Below, in pieces: positions 1-10,751 of a stretch of 64,000 nt of DNA. The DNA is from an uncultured Chloroflexia bacterium (lineage in GTDB: Bacteria > Chloroflexota > Limnocylindria > Limnocylindrales > CSP1-4). Within the stretch, counting starts at the first letter, position 1, and the number at the start of each line of letters is the position of its first letter. The translations under genes were made by a program, and so were the position numbers. Below the pieces are notes generated by a model. The model was not told where the DNA came from. It did no database searches and worked only from the letters and a program-made list of their open reading frames with translations. The stretch spans positions 43,234 to 107,233 of the forward strand of contig CAVWZL010000003.1 in the NCBI GenBank assembly GCA_963759495.1, in the 5' to 3' direction.

Positions 1-2
1 AT

Positions 3-350
3 GCCGTGGCGGGCAACAACGACGGGCCGGAGCTCGTCGGGCGGTTCGGTCGCGAGAAGGTCATCGCGCTGGCGGGCGTGCGCATCGGGCTGACGCACGG
101 TGACCTGGGCCCTGGTCCCACGACCCCGGAGCGCGCCCGCCGGACATTCGAGTCGCGCTCGGTCGACGTCGTCGCGTTCGGGCACAGTCACGCGCCGCTG
201 GTGAAGCAGGTCCCGAATGGGCCGCTGCTGGTCAATCCTGGCTCGCCGACCGACAAACGGCGCGAGTACCGCTACTCGTGGGCGCTGCTCGAGGTCGGCG
301 ACGGACCGCCGCGGGCCGAGATCCGGTTCTTCGAGGACCGCTCGGCCTGA
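3..350 (+). CDS. metallophosphoesterase (YfcE/MJ0936-like phosphodiesterase), 5'-partial
   Basis: The ORF 6..350 is open to the window edge. Its C-terminal motifs (GHSHAPLV, VNPGSPT) match the calcineurin-like phosphoesterase fold. Confidence 0.6.
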   Translation, partial: AVAGNNDGPELVGRFGREKVIALAGVRIGLTHGDLGPGPTTPERARRTFESRSVDVVAFGHSHAPLVKQVPNGPLLVNPGSPTDKRREYRYSWALLEVGDGPPRAEIRFFEDRSA

Positions 351-360
351 GTCGAGGCCG

Positions 361-2083
361 TCAGGTGGGGTCGGCGAGGTGGCGCAGCGCGGCAAACGTG
401 GCCCGAACCTCGGCCGCCGTCGATGCATCCAGCGCGCCGCGCGCCGCATCCCTGAGCGTGGCGGCAGCTGATCCCCGGATCGCGCGACGGACGGGGGCCA
501 GGCTCGAGTCGGCCATGCTCAGCACCGTCACGCCGAGTCCCACCAGCGCGAGCGCGGCGACGGGATCACCGGCCATCTCGCCGCAGACGGAGAGCTCGAC
601 GCCGGCCGCCTCGGCATCGGCCGCGGCTGATGCGATCAATCGAAGCATCGCGGGATGGAGCGAATCCCGGTAGCGCTCGAGCGACGGGTTGCCGCGGTCT
701 GCGGCGAGCGTGTACTGGAGCAGGTCGTTCGTGCCAAGGCTCGCGAACCGCAGTCTGCGCGAAGAACGTCCGGGCGACGAGCACCGCTGACGGGATCTCG
801 AGCATGACCCCCAGGTCCACGTCGCCGTGGGGCACCCCGGCGGCCGCCAGACCGGCCCGAGCTTGCTCCACGAGGTCGAGCAGGATCGCGACATCGGCGG
901 CGTCGGCGACCATCGGTGCCATCACCTTGACCCGCCCGGTCACGGCCGCACGCATCGCGGCCCGGAGCTGCGTGACGAAGATGGCGGGCTGCTCGGGCGC
1001 GAGCCGCAGCGCGCGAACGCCGAGGAACGGGTTTGCCTCGGGCGGAATGGGCAGATAGGGGATCGGCTTGTCGCCACCGACGTCAAGCAGCCGGATCGTC
1101 ACCGGCCCGGGTGCAAAGGCCTCGACGACGGCCTGGTTCGCGGCCGTCTGCTCATCCTCGGTGGGCGGTGACGAGCGTTCGACGAACAGGAACTCGGTTC
1201 GGAACAGGCCCACGCCACGCGCCCCGCGCGCGACGGCCCGCGCGGCCTCCGCCGGCGTGCCGATATTGGCCAGCAGCGTCACCTCGACCCCGTCCCGCGT
1301 GACGCAGTCCAGCCCCGCCTCCGCGAGCGCGACCTCGGCTGCGGCGACGGCCGCCCGCCGTCGACCTTCGAGTCGCTCGCCGGCCGCCTCGTCGGGCTCG
1401 AAGACGACCTCCCCAGTGCCGCCGTCGATGACGAGATCCGCGCCGGCGGTCCCATCCGTACCGTGAAGGAGCCCGCGGACCCCGACGACCGCGGGGATCC
1501 CGAAGGCGCGGGCGAGGATGGCGGCGTGCGAGGTCGCCGACCCGGCCTCGAGCGCGAGCCCGAGCAACCGGTCCCGCGGCAGCCCGGCGGCAAGTGACGG
1601 CGGGATGTCCTCCGCGACAACAATGGCGGGCCCGTCGAGCGTCACGGCACGCTCGAGACCCGCAAGCCGGTAGGCGATCCGCTCGGCGACATCGAGGACG
1701 TCCTCGGCCCGCGCGGCGAGCAGCTCGTCACCGAGTGCGCGCAGCTGGTCTGCAACGGCAGCCGCGGCCATCCGGATCGCGCCGATGGCATCGTGTCCAT
1801 CGCGGATCGCCTGGGTCGCGGCGTCGAGCAGCGAGGGATCCTGGGCCATTGCGGCCTGGGCATCGAAGATCTCGCCCTCCGCCGCACCGGTCGCGGTGAG
1901 CTGGGAGGCCAGCGCCTCGAGCTCGGCCGCGGCCTCGTCCCGTGCTTCGATCAGGCGTTCGACCTCCGCGTCGGCGGCCTCGGGCGCTATCCGGCCGCCG
2001 ACCGGGGCCTGCGAGGAGCCGAGCCGAACCCACGGGCCGCGCGCGACGCCCGTCGATGCGGGCACGCCCCGCAGCGCGCGCAT
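361..2083 (-). CDS. ptsI: phosphoenolpyruvate-protein phosphotransferase (PTS enzyme I), with an apparent frameshift near 750-770
   Basis: ORF 566..2083 carries the EI N-terminal, phosphohistidine (GSATSHAAILARAFGIPAVVG) and PEP-utilising (GLFRTEFLF, IRLLDVGGDKP, MLEIPSAV) motifs. The EI C-terminus (SLGTNDLLQYTLAADRGN...SVCGEMAGDP) continues in ORF 361..894 in another frame. Confidence 0.8.
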
Positions 2084-2088
2084 GGAGC

Positions 2089-2670
2089 TCAGGCGGGCGT
2101 GGTCGAGGCGGGGAGTGCCTCGAACCGGATCTCGGCGTCGAACGGGTCCTCTCCCGCGATGTAGGCCGGCTCGGGGAGCATGCCGTAGCCCCCGATCGCA
2201 TCAGTCCAGCGCAGCCCCTTGCACGTCGCCGTACCGCGCATGCCCTTCGCATCGGCCGTCTCGATCGTGACGATGCAGCGCGACGGGTCGTAGGTGGTCC
2301 AGTGCTGCCCGCCCGACACGCGGTCGAGCGTCACGAAGGCGCTGCTCCCGAACACGCTCCCCGTCGCGATGCCGGACACGCGCAGATACCAGCCGTCGCC
2401 ACTCGAGAATGTCGCCTCGCCGCCAAGCCACTCGTCCCCGTACATCGCGGCGCTGCCGAGCTCGCCCAGGGTCATCTCGGCGTCGTCCCCGATCGTCACC
2501 CCGGCGCTTCCCTCGATGAACGTCGCGATGGGCGCGGGCGGGAAGTCCCCGGGATCGGTCATGTCGTAGCCGTAGAGGTATTCGCAGCCGGCGAGGGCGA
2601 CGACGACCGCGCCGAGCGCGAGGCTCAGGCCCGCAGCCCGGCTCGCGCGAGCCGAACCGCCCCGGGCCAT
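2089..2670 (-). CDS. lipoprotein of unknown function
   Basis: Signal peptide with lipobox LAGC. The gene sits immediately upstream of ptsI on the same strand. Confidence 0.55.
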   Translation of the reverse strand: MARGGSARASRAAGLSLALGAVVVALAGCEYLYGYDMTDPGDFPPAPIATFIEGSAGVTIGDDAEMTLGELGSAAMYGDEWLGGEATFSSGDGWYLRVSGIATGSVFGSSAFVTLDRVSGGQHWTTYDPSRCIVTIETADAKGMRGTATCKGLRWTDAIGGYGMLPEPAYIAGEDPFDAEIRFEALPASTTPA

Positions 2671-2671
2671 C

Positions 2672-3610
2672 TCAGAGCCCGCTGTACGCGTGCAGGCCCG
2701 AGAACCAGAGCGATCCGGAATAGGTGATCAGCACCATCACGAAGCCGAGCACGAGCAGCAATGCTGCCGGCCGGCCCGCCCACGAGCGCTGGTTTCGCGC
2801 GTGGAGGTAGACCGCGTACGTCAGCCACGTGACGAGCGCAGCGGTCTCCTTCGGGTCCCAGCCCCAGTAGCGCGACCAGGCGATCGAGGCCCACCAGGAG
2901 CCGAGGATGATCATCGTCGCGAAGATCGGAAACCCGATGATCACGGCGCGATAGGCGACCTCGTCGAGCACCTTGTGCGACGGGAGCCACGAGAACCGAT
3001 CGGTCGTGCCCTGCACGAGGTAGCCGACGCCGGCGGCAAAGCTCGTCGCGAAGATCCCGTACGAGATCACCGCCATCCCGACGTGGATCGTGAGCAGCGG
3101 CGGGTTCTGGAGCGCGGGCTGGAGCGGGTCGATGGCGGATGGGAGGCTCGAGGCGTACAGCAGGAGCGCGAACGCCACGCCGACCGGGATGAAGCCGATC
3201 GAGCCGATGGCGTACCGGCGCTGCAGATAGAGGTATCCGCCGACGATCGACGTCGCGAATGCGGCGCTGAACTCGTAGAGATTGCCCCAAGGTCCGCGTC
3301 CCACGAGCACGCCGCGGATGGCGAGTGCAGCGGCAAGGGCGGCGAACCCGGCCAGGACGAGCCCGAGCCCGAGACGGGACAGCGGGCTGGGTGATCCAGC
3401 GAGGTCGGGACCTGCGGCACGGGCACGCTCTCGACCGGACACGAACGACCCGGTGACGACGCCCGCGTACGCAGGCTGCTGGCGGGCGGGCACGAGGTTG
3501 AGCGACCGACGGCCGTTGGCCAGCATCACGGCGTGGCCGACGTGTCCGGCAAAGCCGAGGCCGACGAGGATCGTCCCGAGCGAGTAGAGGGCGAACGAGA
3601 CCTGTTCCAT
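2672..3610 (-). CDS. ccsA: cytochrome c-type biogenesis protein CcsA/ResC
   Basis: Polytopic membrane protein with the tryptophan-rich WWD motif (SWWASIAWSRYWGWDPKETAAL) diagnostic of haem-handling CcsA/CcmC proteins. Confidence 0.8.
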   Translation of the reverse strand: MEQVSFALYSLGTILVGLGFAGHVGHAVMLANGRRSLNLVPARQQPAYAGVVTGSFVSGRERARAAGPDLAGSPSPLSRLGLGLVLAGFAALAAALAIRGVLVGRGPWGNLYEFSAAFATSIVGGYLYLQRRYAIGSIGFIPVGVAFALLLYASSLPSAIDPLQPALQNPPLLTIHVGMAVISYGIFATSFAAGVGYLVQGTTDRFSWLPSHKVLDEVAYRAVIIGFPIFATMIILGSWWASIAWSRYWGWDPKETAALVTWLTYAVYLHARNQRSWAGRPAALLLVLGFVMVLITYSGSLWFSGLHAYSGL

Positions 3611-3654
3611 GCGTTGCTCAGGGACGCGTGAACGGCGTCATTGGTTGCGGCCGC

Positions 3655-4131
3655 TCACGCGACGGCCGCACCGCCCGGCTTTGCGCGGCCACGACGGACC
3701 GTGACGCCCCGGTTCTCGATCTTCAGCACGAGCCCGCAGTTGCCGCACGTGTCGATCGCCGCAGCGCGGCCGACGCCGCACATCGGGCACGTGACGGCGA
3801 GGTCCTGGCGGCACACGTCGCAGCGCGTCGTCCCCGAGGTGTAGACGAGGGCGTCGCGACGGCACTGCGGGAGTCCGACCGGGTACACGGGCTGGCCGCC
3901 CTCGTCGAGCAGGGCCTGCTTCGGGCCTTCCTCGTAGCTGACCTTCACGCGCGGCTTCCGGACCTGGTAGATGAACGTGCCGAGCATGAAGAACGTCACG
4001 AGCGGGCCGACCACGCCGAGGAAGATCAGCAGCGGCAGCAGGGCGATGACAGAGTTCCAGTCCGGCATCACGAACAGCGACGTGACGTCGAGAAACGTGT
4101 TCCAGAGGCCCTCGAGGGCGTCGATCAGCAT
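3655..4131 (-). CDS. membrane protein with C-terminal double zinc-ribbon (CxxC x4), unknown function
   Basis: Two N-terminal TM helices followed by C-x2-C...C-x2-C...C-x2-C motifs. Confidence 0.45.
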   Translation of the reverse strand: MLIDALEGLWNTFLDVTSLFVMPDWNSVIALLPLLIFLGVVGPLVTFFMLGTFIYQVRKPRVKVSYEEGPKQALLDEGGQPVYPVGLPQCRRDALVYTSGTTRCDVCRQDLAVTCPMCGVGRAAAIDTCGNCGLVLKIENRGVTVRRGRAKPGGAAVA

Positions 4132-4182
4132 GTCGTCCGCATCGTACCAGCCAGTGTCGCGGATCGGCGTCCGGGTGAGGGG

Positions 4183-4764
4183 TCAGAGCGGCGGTCGATT
4201 GCCCCGCGAGCGGCGGCCCGGCGGACGGTGCCCGGGACCCCGTTTCGTGGTGGCGCCACGGCCGGGCTGCCAGCGCGGCGCGTCCTCGTCATCGACGTCC
4301 GGGGGACTCGGCGAGCGAGCGTTGCCGGGACCCGGTGACGAGAGCTTCCGCGCCTCGAGCCGGCCGAGCAACCACGCCGCGCCGGCCGATCGGGCGCCCC
4401 GGATCCGGAGCCGGTTCCGCAGGTCGCCGTCGTCGGTCACGGCAAGGACACCGGCCGTCGCTGCGCCCCCCTCCGTGCCCGCCACCTCGTCGACGAGCGA
4501 GAGAATGACGGCGTCGGCGCTCCGTGCGCCCGAGTAGCGCACCCGGACACCTGCCGCAATCCGCTCGCCGCGCAGGCCGTGCTCGGGCGGGCCGTCGAAG
4601 ACGATCTCGATGTCGATTCCGGCCGGGATGATGCCGCGCAACCGTCCGATGAGGGCCGCGGATGGCAGCCGCTCCGCGCTTCGGGAGAGGGCGTGGAGGA
4701 GGTTGGTGCCGTCGACGATGAGGCGTGACGTCGCCTCGAGCGGGTCGCGCGGTCGACCGCTCAT
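4183..4764 (-). CDS. NYN/PIN-like domain protein (YacP-like RNA-binding/RNase)
   Basis: N-terminal LIVDGTNLLHAL motif typical of YacP/NYN domains. The C-terminal tail is Arg/Pro-rich. Confidence 0.5.
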   Translation of the reverse strand: MSGRPRDPLEATSRLIVDGTNLLHALSRSAERLPSAALIGRLRGIIPAGIDIEIVFDGPPEHGLRGERIAAGVRVRYSGARSADAVILSLVDEVAGTEGGAATAGVLAVTDDGDLRNRLRIRGARSAGAAWLLGRLEARKLSSPGPGNARSPSPPDVDDEDAPRWQPGRGATTKRGPGHRPPGRRSRGNRPPL

Positions 4765-4799
4765 CGAGGCTGCTGTCGCTGCGGCTGCGTCACGGCCGC

Positions 4800-7757
4800 C
4801 TATTGTGCGCTGATCCGCTCCGCCAGCGTCCCGAGCATGGCCATCGCGGCCTCTGGTCGCTCGGTGAGGATCGCGCGGAGGCCCTCGCCCCCGATGACGA
4901 GGCCACGGACCGGCGTCTCGGCAATGACCGTCGCCGCGCGGGGCCGGTCGCGCAGGACTGCGAGCTCGCCGATGTGGTCGCCCGCCTCATACGTTCGGAG
5001 CAGGCGCTCCGTGTCGCCCTCGGTGCGGACGACCCGGACACGACCGTCGACCAGCACGATCAGCTCGTCGCCGCTGTCGCCTTCGCGCACGAGCGCCTCG
5101 TCCTGCCCGTAGAGCCGTTCCGTGGCGGTCGCGGCGAGTCGTTGCAGGTCCTCGGGGTCCAGCTGGCTGAAGAGGGGTACGCCGCGCAGGAACAGCATGC
5201 GATCGAGCTCGCCAAGCGTCCCATCGGTATCCGCCATGGTCGGTCCTCCGTTGTGCTGCATGGGGCCAAGCCTGGAGCGGACGGCCGGATCGGGGTCGTT
5301 GCCGGCCCGCGCCGCGAGTGCGGCCTGCTGTCGCGCGAGCGCCTCCGCGCCGGCGCGAATCGCGATCGTCCGAAGCCACGGATCCGGGTCGTCCATGAGC
5401 TCGTGCACGGCGGCGTCCGCTGGCGCGCCGGCGCGCGAGCCGTCGCTGTCGAGCAGCCCCACGATCCCCTGGGCCAGCCGCCGGTCACCCAGCGCATCGA
5501 TTGCCTCGATCGCCTGGGCACGCGTGTCGGGATCGGGCGAGCGCAGACACCGACGCAGCAAGCCTGACGCCTGGGGCGCACCAAGCGCTGCAACCGCAGT
5601 CATCAGCTGGTCCTCGATTCGGCGACCGCGTCGATCGACCACGACGCGCAGGAACGCGAGCGCAGGGTCGTTGGCCCCGTCGCCGAGCGCGGTCGCGTGC
5701 CGTCGAAGCGCGCTCGCGCGCTCGACGCGTCCCAGCGCCCAGGTCCGGATCGGCCCGCGGCTCGTGGCGCCGGCACCGGCCAGTGCGAGGACGGCAGCTT
5801 CCTGCGCGCGCTCCGAGCCACGACCCAGGATCTCGACGAGTGCCTGGGTCGCCGTTCCGTGGCGTGCGATGGCGGCGGCTGCCGCGCGACGGACGGTGCC
5901 GGCATCGTCGTCGAGCGCGGCGAGCAACGCCTCGGTGGCCGCCTCGCCGGCCGGAAGAGCGCCCAGGGCGCGTGCGGCGGCAGCACGAATGCGCGCATCC
6001 GGATCACCGAGTGCGGCAGTGAGGGTCGCAGCCGGGGCCAGGTCCCCGAGACGGCCCGCAACGTCGAGGCCCGCGAGGCGCGTGGTGACGTCGCTCCCTC
6101 CCAACAGCTCGTCGAGTGCCGTGCGCGCACCGTTCGTGTCGCCCGACGCGGCGAGTGCGGCGACCCGCTCTGCTCGCACAGCGGGATTCGACTCCGCGGC
6201 GAGACGTTCGGCTGCTGCACCGGCCCTGCCTGGATCGAGCGTGGCGATCGCACGCAGCGCGGCGGCGCGGACCTCGGGGTCGTCATCGGCCAGGCGTTCC
6301 GCCAGGGCATCGGTCGCGTCCCGACTGCCCAGGCGCCCGAGCAGGTCGGCAGCAAGCCGGCGCGTGCCGGCCGCCGGATCGCGAAGGGCCGCCGCGAGCT
6401 CGTCCGACACCCCGGGCGCCCGTCCGAGTGCCTGGAGGCCGGCGCCGCCTTCGAGGACCTGCTCTGCGAGGCCGGCCCGCAGCGTTCGGACGAGCGCCTC
6501 GCCGTACCGCCGGCGGATCCGAGCCACGACCCAGGTCAGGGCGAGGGCCGTCAGCAGCCCCATGAGGAAGATCGGTGCCTGGGTCGCGCTGAACAGCGCC
6601 GTCGCGACGAGCAGGAGCACCCCGGAGAGGCTGATCCCGAGCTGTCCGGGCACGCCATCGATGAACGCCAGCACCTGCGGCCGCCGGTCCGACGGCACGA
6701 CCGTGAACATGGCGCTCCAGGCCGCGTTCGAGAGGCTCCGTTGCGCGACCTGCTGCACGACGACGAACCCGACCGCCGTCGCGAACGTGAATTGGACGAG
6801 CCACGTCGCAAAGCCGAGGAGGTAGACCACGGGCAGGATCAGTGCCGCCGTCGCGACCCCGAACCGGGCGTACACCCGGTTGGCGAGCGCGAGGGACACG
6901 AAGAACGACACGGCCGTGACCCCGGCCTGGATGAGTCCGACGGTCGTCGCGAGACCGGCTTCGTCGCCCTCGAATGCGCGCTGCAGGGCGCCCTGGTACG
7001 GGAACGTGACCGAGAACAAGAGGACGGAGAACAGGACGTACCCCACGGCGACGAGGCGAAGGAGCGGAGAGGCGCGGACGTCGTCGAAGCCGCGCCGGAG
7101 CTGTGCCCGGAGCGACACCCGACTCGGGGCCCTGCCGGCTCCCCGTTCCGTGCCTGCTGGGCTGCCCGGTCGGGCGCCGACGATCCGCGCGACGAGGGCC
7201 ACGGCCGCCACCAGCAGCACGGCATCGAGCACGATGAGGTTCTCGGTCCCAAGCACGGAGGCGAGCGGACCCGATGCGAGGGTCCCGACGAAGCTGCCCG
7301 CGATCGCCGCGCTCGTGCACAGCGGGAAGAGGCGCTTGGCCTGGCGCACGTCGAGCGTCGTTCCTGCCACCGTCCAGACCACCGTGAGCAGCAGGGCGTT
7401 CACGACGTTGACGACGACCCAGAGCAGTCCGTAGACGGCGACGGTGTCCGCGACGGCCGCCACCCGGAGCACGATCAGCGTGCCGGCAAAAGCCACGAGC
7501 AGCCCGACGAAGAACGGACGTCGCGGAACTCGCCCGATCGCGGTCCCGTAGCCGAGCGCGACGACCAGGCTCACGAGCCCGAGCGCGATGAACAGCCAGG
7601 GAAGGGAGGCCGCTCCGACGCGGTTGAGGAAGAGCGTCGTGACGGCCACATCGCCCAGCCCGCGACCGGCCTCGATCGTGGCGAAGAGCGCGGCGAGCAG
7701 TCCGACGAGGCGTCCCTCGCCGGCGCGGACCGCGAGCAGGCCCGCGCCGAGCCTCAC
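4800..7757 (-). CDS. 12-TM MFS/TLC-like transporter fused to HEAT (PBS-lyase type) repeats and a C-terminal cyclic-nucleotide-binding domain
   Basis: 985-aa intact ORF. The N-terminal ~440 aa is polytopic membrane. The middle carries repeated PDPAVRAAALRAL-type HEAT motifs. The C-terminus is a cNMP-binding fold (LFLRGVPLFSQLD...GDELIVLVDGRVRV...GDHIGELAVL...RAATVIA). Its GTG start overlaps the stop of the upstream cyclase gene (GTGA). Confidence 0.8.
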   Translation of the reverse strand: MRLGAGLLAVRAGEGRLVGLLAALFATIEAGRGLGDVAVTTLFLNRVGAASLPWLFIALGLVSLVVALGYGTAIGRVPRRPFFVGLLVAFAGTLIVLRVAAVADTVAVYGLLWVVVNVVNALLLTVVWTVAGTTLDVRQAKRLFPLCTSAAIAGSFVGTLASGPLASVLGTENLIVLDAVLLVAAVALVARIVGARPGSPAGTERGAGRAPSRVSLRAQLRRGFDDVRASPLLRLVAVGYVLFSVLLFSVTFPYQGALQRAFEGDEAGLATTVGLIQAGVTAVSFFVSLALANRVYARFGVATAALILPVVYLLGFATWLVQFTFATAVGFVVVQQVAQRSLSNAAWSAMFTVVPSDRRPQVLAFIDGVPGQLGISLSGVLLLVATALFSATQAPIFLMGLLTALALTWVVARIRRRYGEALVRTLRAGLAEQVLEGGAGLQALGRAPGVSDELAAALRDPAAGTRRLAADLLGRLGSRDATDALAERLADDDPEVRAAALRAIATLDPGRAGAAAERLAAESNPAVRAERVAALAASGDTNGARTALDELLGGSDVTTRLAGLDVAGRLGDLAPAATLTAALGDPDARIRAAAARALGALPAGEAATEALLAALDDDAGTVRRAAAAAIARHGTATQALVEILGRGSERAQEAAVLALAGAGATSRGPIRTWALGRVERASALRRHATALGDGANDPALAFLRVVVDRRGRRIEDQLMTAVAALGAPQASGLLRRCLRSPDPDTRAQAIEAIDALGDRRLAQGIVGLLDSDGSRAGAPADAAVHELMDDPDPWLRTIAIRAGAEALARQQAALAARAGNDPDPAVRSRLGPMQHNGGPTMADTDGTLGELDRMLFLRGVPLFSQLDPEDLQRLAATATERLYGQDEALVREGDSGDELIVLVDGRVRVVRTEGDTERLLRTYEAGDHIGELAVLRDRPRAATVIAETPVRGLVIGGEGLRAILTERPEAAMAMLGTLAERISAQ

Positions 7758-10447
7758 CCGGGGGAGCCGTCCGGGACGGCCACGTCCACGATTGCCGGAA
7801 GCTCCCCGCGCGCTCGGACGTCCTCGAGGAACGCGAGCACCTCGGGTATCGACATCTCCGCCCCGCGGGCCCGGGCGCCGGCGAGCTCGGGGCCTGCAAG
7901 TGCGGCATCAAGCTGCGCGGCCGAGAAGCCGACCTGTAGCCAGCTTTCGACGTCGAGCGGCGGCCGGTACCCGAGCCGGCGTGCGTGCGCCACATAGGCG
8001 CCCATCGCGACTGCCGCCTCGTCCAGCTTTCCGGTAAACAGGAGCAGCATCGCGCCTGCGCGGAGTCCAAGCGTCGCCGATGCCGTGTCGCCCATGCGGT
8101 CCTGCAGGTGCAGGCCTCGAAGGCCACGGGCAAAGGCGTCGGCGAGCTTGCCTTCGGCCACGTCGATACCCGCAAGCCCGGTGGCCGCGAGCGCGACATA
8201 GAAGTCATCGCCGTTGCGCTCGAAGCGGCCGAGGGACGTTTCGACGATCTCGCGCGCCCCTGCGAAGTCGCCGGCCGCCATGTGGACGTAGCCCATGATC
8301 CAGTGGAGCCTCGCGAGTGAGCGCTCCTCGCCCAGCTCGAGGTACAGACGGCGCGCCTCGTCGCGAAGGGCGATGAGCTCCATCTCGGGCCCGTCCGGCC
8401 GGAACTGCGTGTGCATGTAGTTGAAGAGCGCGTCCGCGATCGCCCTGGGGTCTCCGACCGCTCGAGCAATCCGTACCTGCTGCGCGTAGTGGGCGTCGGC
8501 ACCAGGCACGTCTCCCGCCCACCAGCGCAGACCGCCAGCTGCGTCGTGCGCACGGGCGCGCCAGAGGGTCGGCGGATCGGCACCAGGCATCTCCAGGACG
8601 CGGGACGTTGTCGCCCACCCCTCGGCCATCCGCCCGCGGAACTGCCAGTAGCGCCACAGCGCGGCGACGAACCGGTGTGCTGTCTCGGCGTCGCCTGTCT
8701 CGATGGCCCAGTCGATCGCCGCGGTCGTGTTCGCGTGCTCGGCGGTGAGCCGGTCGAGCCATGGGACCTGACCTGTTCCCGGCATGTGGCGGGCCGCCTC
8801 CTCGGCGAGCTCGAGGTAGGTCGCTGCGTGACGGGCGCGGACAGCCTCTGCTTCGCCCAGCTCGGCCAGCCGGGCGCTCGCAAACATGCGGATGGTCTCG
8901 AGCAACCGGAAGCGCGGGCCGACGGCTGCGGGAACGGCCTGGACCAGGCTTTGGTCGACGAGGACGGACAGGCCGTCGATCGCCTCGACACCCGGTTCGA
9001 GGGCTGCACCGGCAACGGCCTCGATCTCGTCGAGCTGCGCCCCACCTGCAAAGACCGACAGGCGGGCAATCAGCCGCTGCTCGGACGGCTCGAGCAGGTC
9101 GTGGCTCCAGCCGATCGTGGCATCGAGCGTTCGCTGTCGTTCGGGCAGATCGCGCGAGCCGGTGCCGGGCAGGTCCAGCCGGCCGGCCAGTCGGGTGGCG
9201 ATCGTCGCCGTGCCCAGCAGCCCAAGGCGAGCCGCCGCCAGCTCGATCCCGAGCGGCAGGCCGTCGAGCCGCCGGCAGATCTCGGTGATGGCCTGGAGCT
9301 CGTCGATCCCGGGCTCGAAGCCGGGCCGCACGCGCCCGGCGCGCTCGACGAACAGACGAACGGCGTCCGCACCACCCGCGTCCTTGTCAGCAGCGGACTC
9401 CGGCATCGCCAGCGGCCGCACGGCGACTTCCTGCTCCATCGAGAGGCGGAGCGGCGCCCGGCTCGTGACCAGCAGCGACAGTCGTGGCGCCGCGCGCGAG
9501 CAGGCCCGTGAGGATCGGGGCGGCTTCGATGACCTGCTCGAAGTTGTCGAGCACGAGCAGGACGGACCGTTCGGCGAGGAACGACGTGATCCGGTCGAGC
9601 GGCGTGCTGTCGGGCGCCTCGAGCAGCGAGAAGGCTGCCGCGATCGCGCCCGGGACCAGGGCCGGATCACGGACGGTCTCGAGCGGCACGAACCACACCC
9701 CGTCATCGAAGCGGCCGGCCTGTGCGCGCGCAAGCTCGATCGCCAGGCGCGTCTTGCCGGTTCCGCCGGGGCCGGTCAGCGTGACGAGACGGTGGGACGC
9801 AAGCAGGCTGGCAGCCTCGCTCAGCTCGCGCTCGCGCCCGATGAAGCTCGTCAGGGGCACGGGCAGGTTGCCGCGCGCCGCCTGACCGCTTCGGATTGCG
9901 GGGAACTCGGCGGGCAGGCCCGGGATGACGAGCTGGTGGAGGTGCTCGGGCCGCCGAGGTCCCGCAGGCGGTGCTCGCCCAGCGATCGCGTCTGCACTGT
10001 GGGCGGAAGCCCGTCCTCGACGAGGGCACGCGTCGCGTCGGAGAGCAGCACCTGCCCCCCGTGGGCGAGCCCCGCGATGCGCGCTGCCCGATGAACATCG
10101 ACGCCCACGTAGTCGTCGCCTCCGAGCGTGCCAAGGCCCGTATGGAGGCCCATCCGGACGCGGATCGGTTGGGCGATCGGCCATGCGGCGGCTGCAAGCC
10201 CGCGTTGCGCATCGACGGCTGCGGCCACGGCGGCCGGTGCGTCGCGGAACAGCACGAGGAACGAGTCGCCCTGCGTGCCGCGTTCGACGCCGCCATGCCG
10301 TCCGAACGCCTCCCGAAGCACGGCGTTGTGATGGTCGAGCACGTCGGTGAAGACGGCGGGACCGACGTCCTGGACGAGGCGGGTGGAGCCCTCGATGTCC
10401 GAGAACAGGAACGTGACGGTCCCCGTCGGCAGCTCGCGAGCGGTCAT
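7754..10447 (-). CDS. class III adenylyl/guanylyl cyclase - NB-ARC (STAND) ATPase - TPR multidomain protein, with two apparent frameshifts near 9946 and 9493
   Basis: ORF 9851..10447 is a class III nucleotidyl cyclase (TVTFLFSDIEGST, RVRMGLHTG). ORF 9387..10466 continues with PEHLHQLVIPGLPAEFP and a P-loop (LTGPGGTGKTRLA). ORF 7754..9733 continues the NB-ARC (LLVTSRAPLRL) and a long TPR array. Same architecture as mycobacterial AC-ATPase-TPR proteins but with no LuxR HTH at the C-terminus. Confidence 0.75.
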
Positions 10448-10751
10448 CGCCCGAGGATACGGCCACGGCGTCGGCCGATCAGGTGCCCTGGGCGATGGCT
10501 GCTCCCGATATCAGCCCTCGTACTCAACCTGGAACTATTGAGCGTGACCCCTTGTCGATCCAGGGCCAATCGTGCACCCCTTTGTGCTCATTCATGCGGA
10601 ATCGATCAGCAGGGCGAATATCGGCGGGCGAGCGGGCCGCGGTGGGGGCTCGCGTGGACCGGGGGCTTCGCCCGCGACCGGCCGGGGCTCCACCTTCGCC
10701 CGCCCGGCCCCACAGCCCTGCCTCCGCCCCAGCTCCGCTACGATCCGCCGC

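Noticed and set aside
361-2083. Calling the frameshifted genes (ptsI, glgC, copA and the others) true pseudogenes
   Set aside because: The disruptions are single-base changes at G/C runs in otherwise fully conserved housekeeping genes, at about one per 6 kb. Sequencing or assembly error is the more parsimonious explanation, so they are reported as CDS with apparent frameshifts.
10467-10751. A riboswitch or sRNA in the 285-nt divergent region between the cyclase gene and the HAD hydrolase gene
   Set aside because: It has a lower-GC patch, but I could not recognise a convincing conserved motif or a stable extended structure. It most likely holds divergent promoters only.
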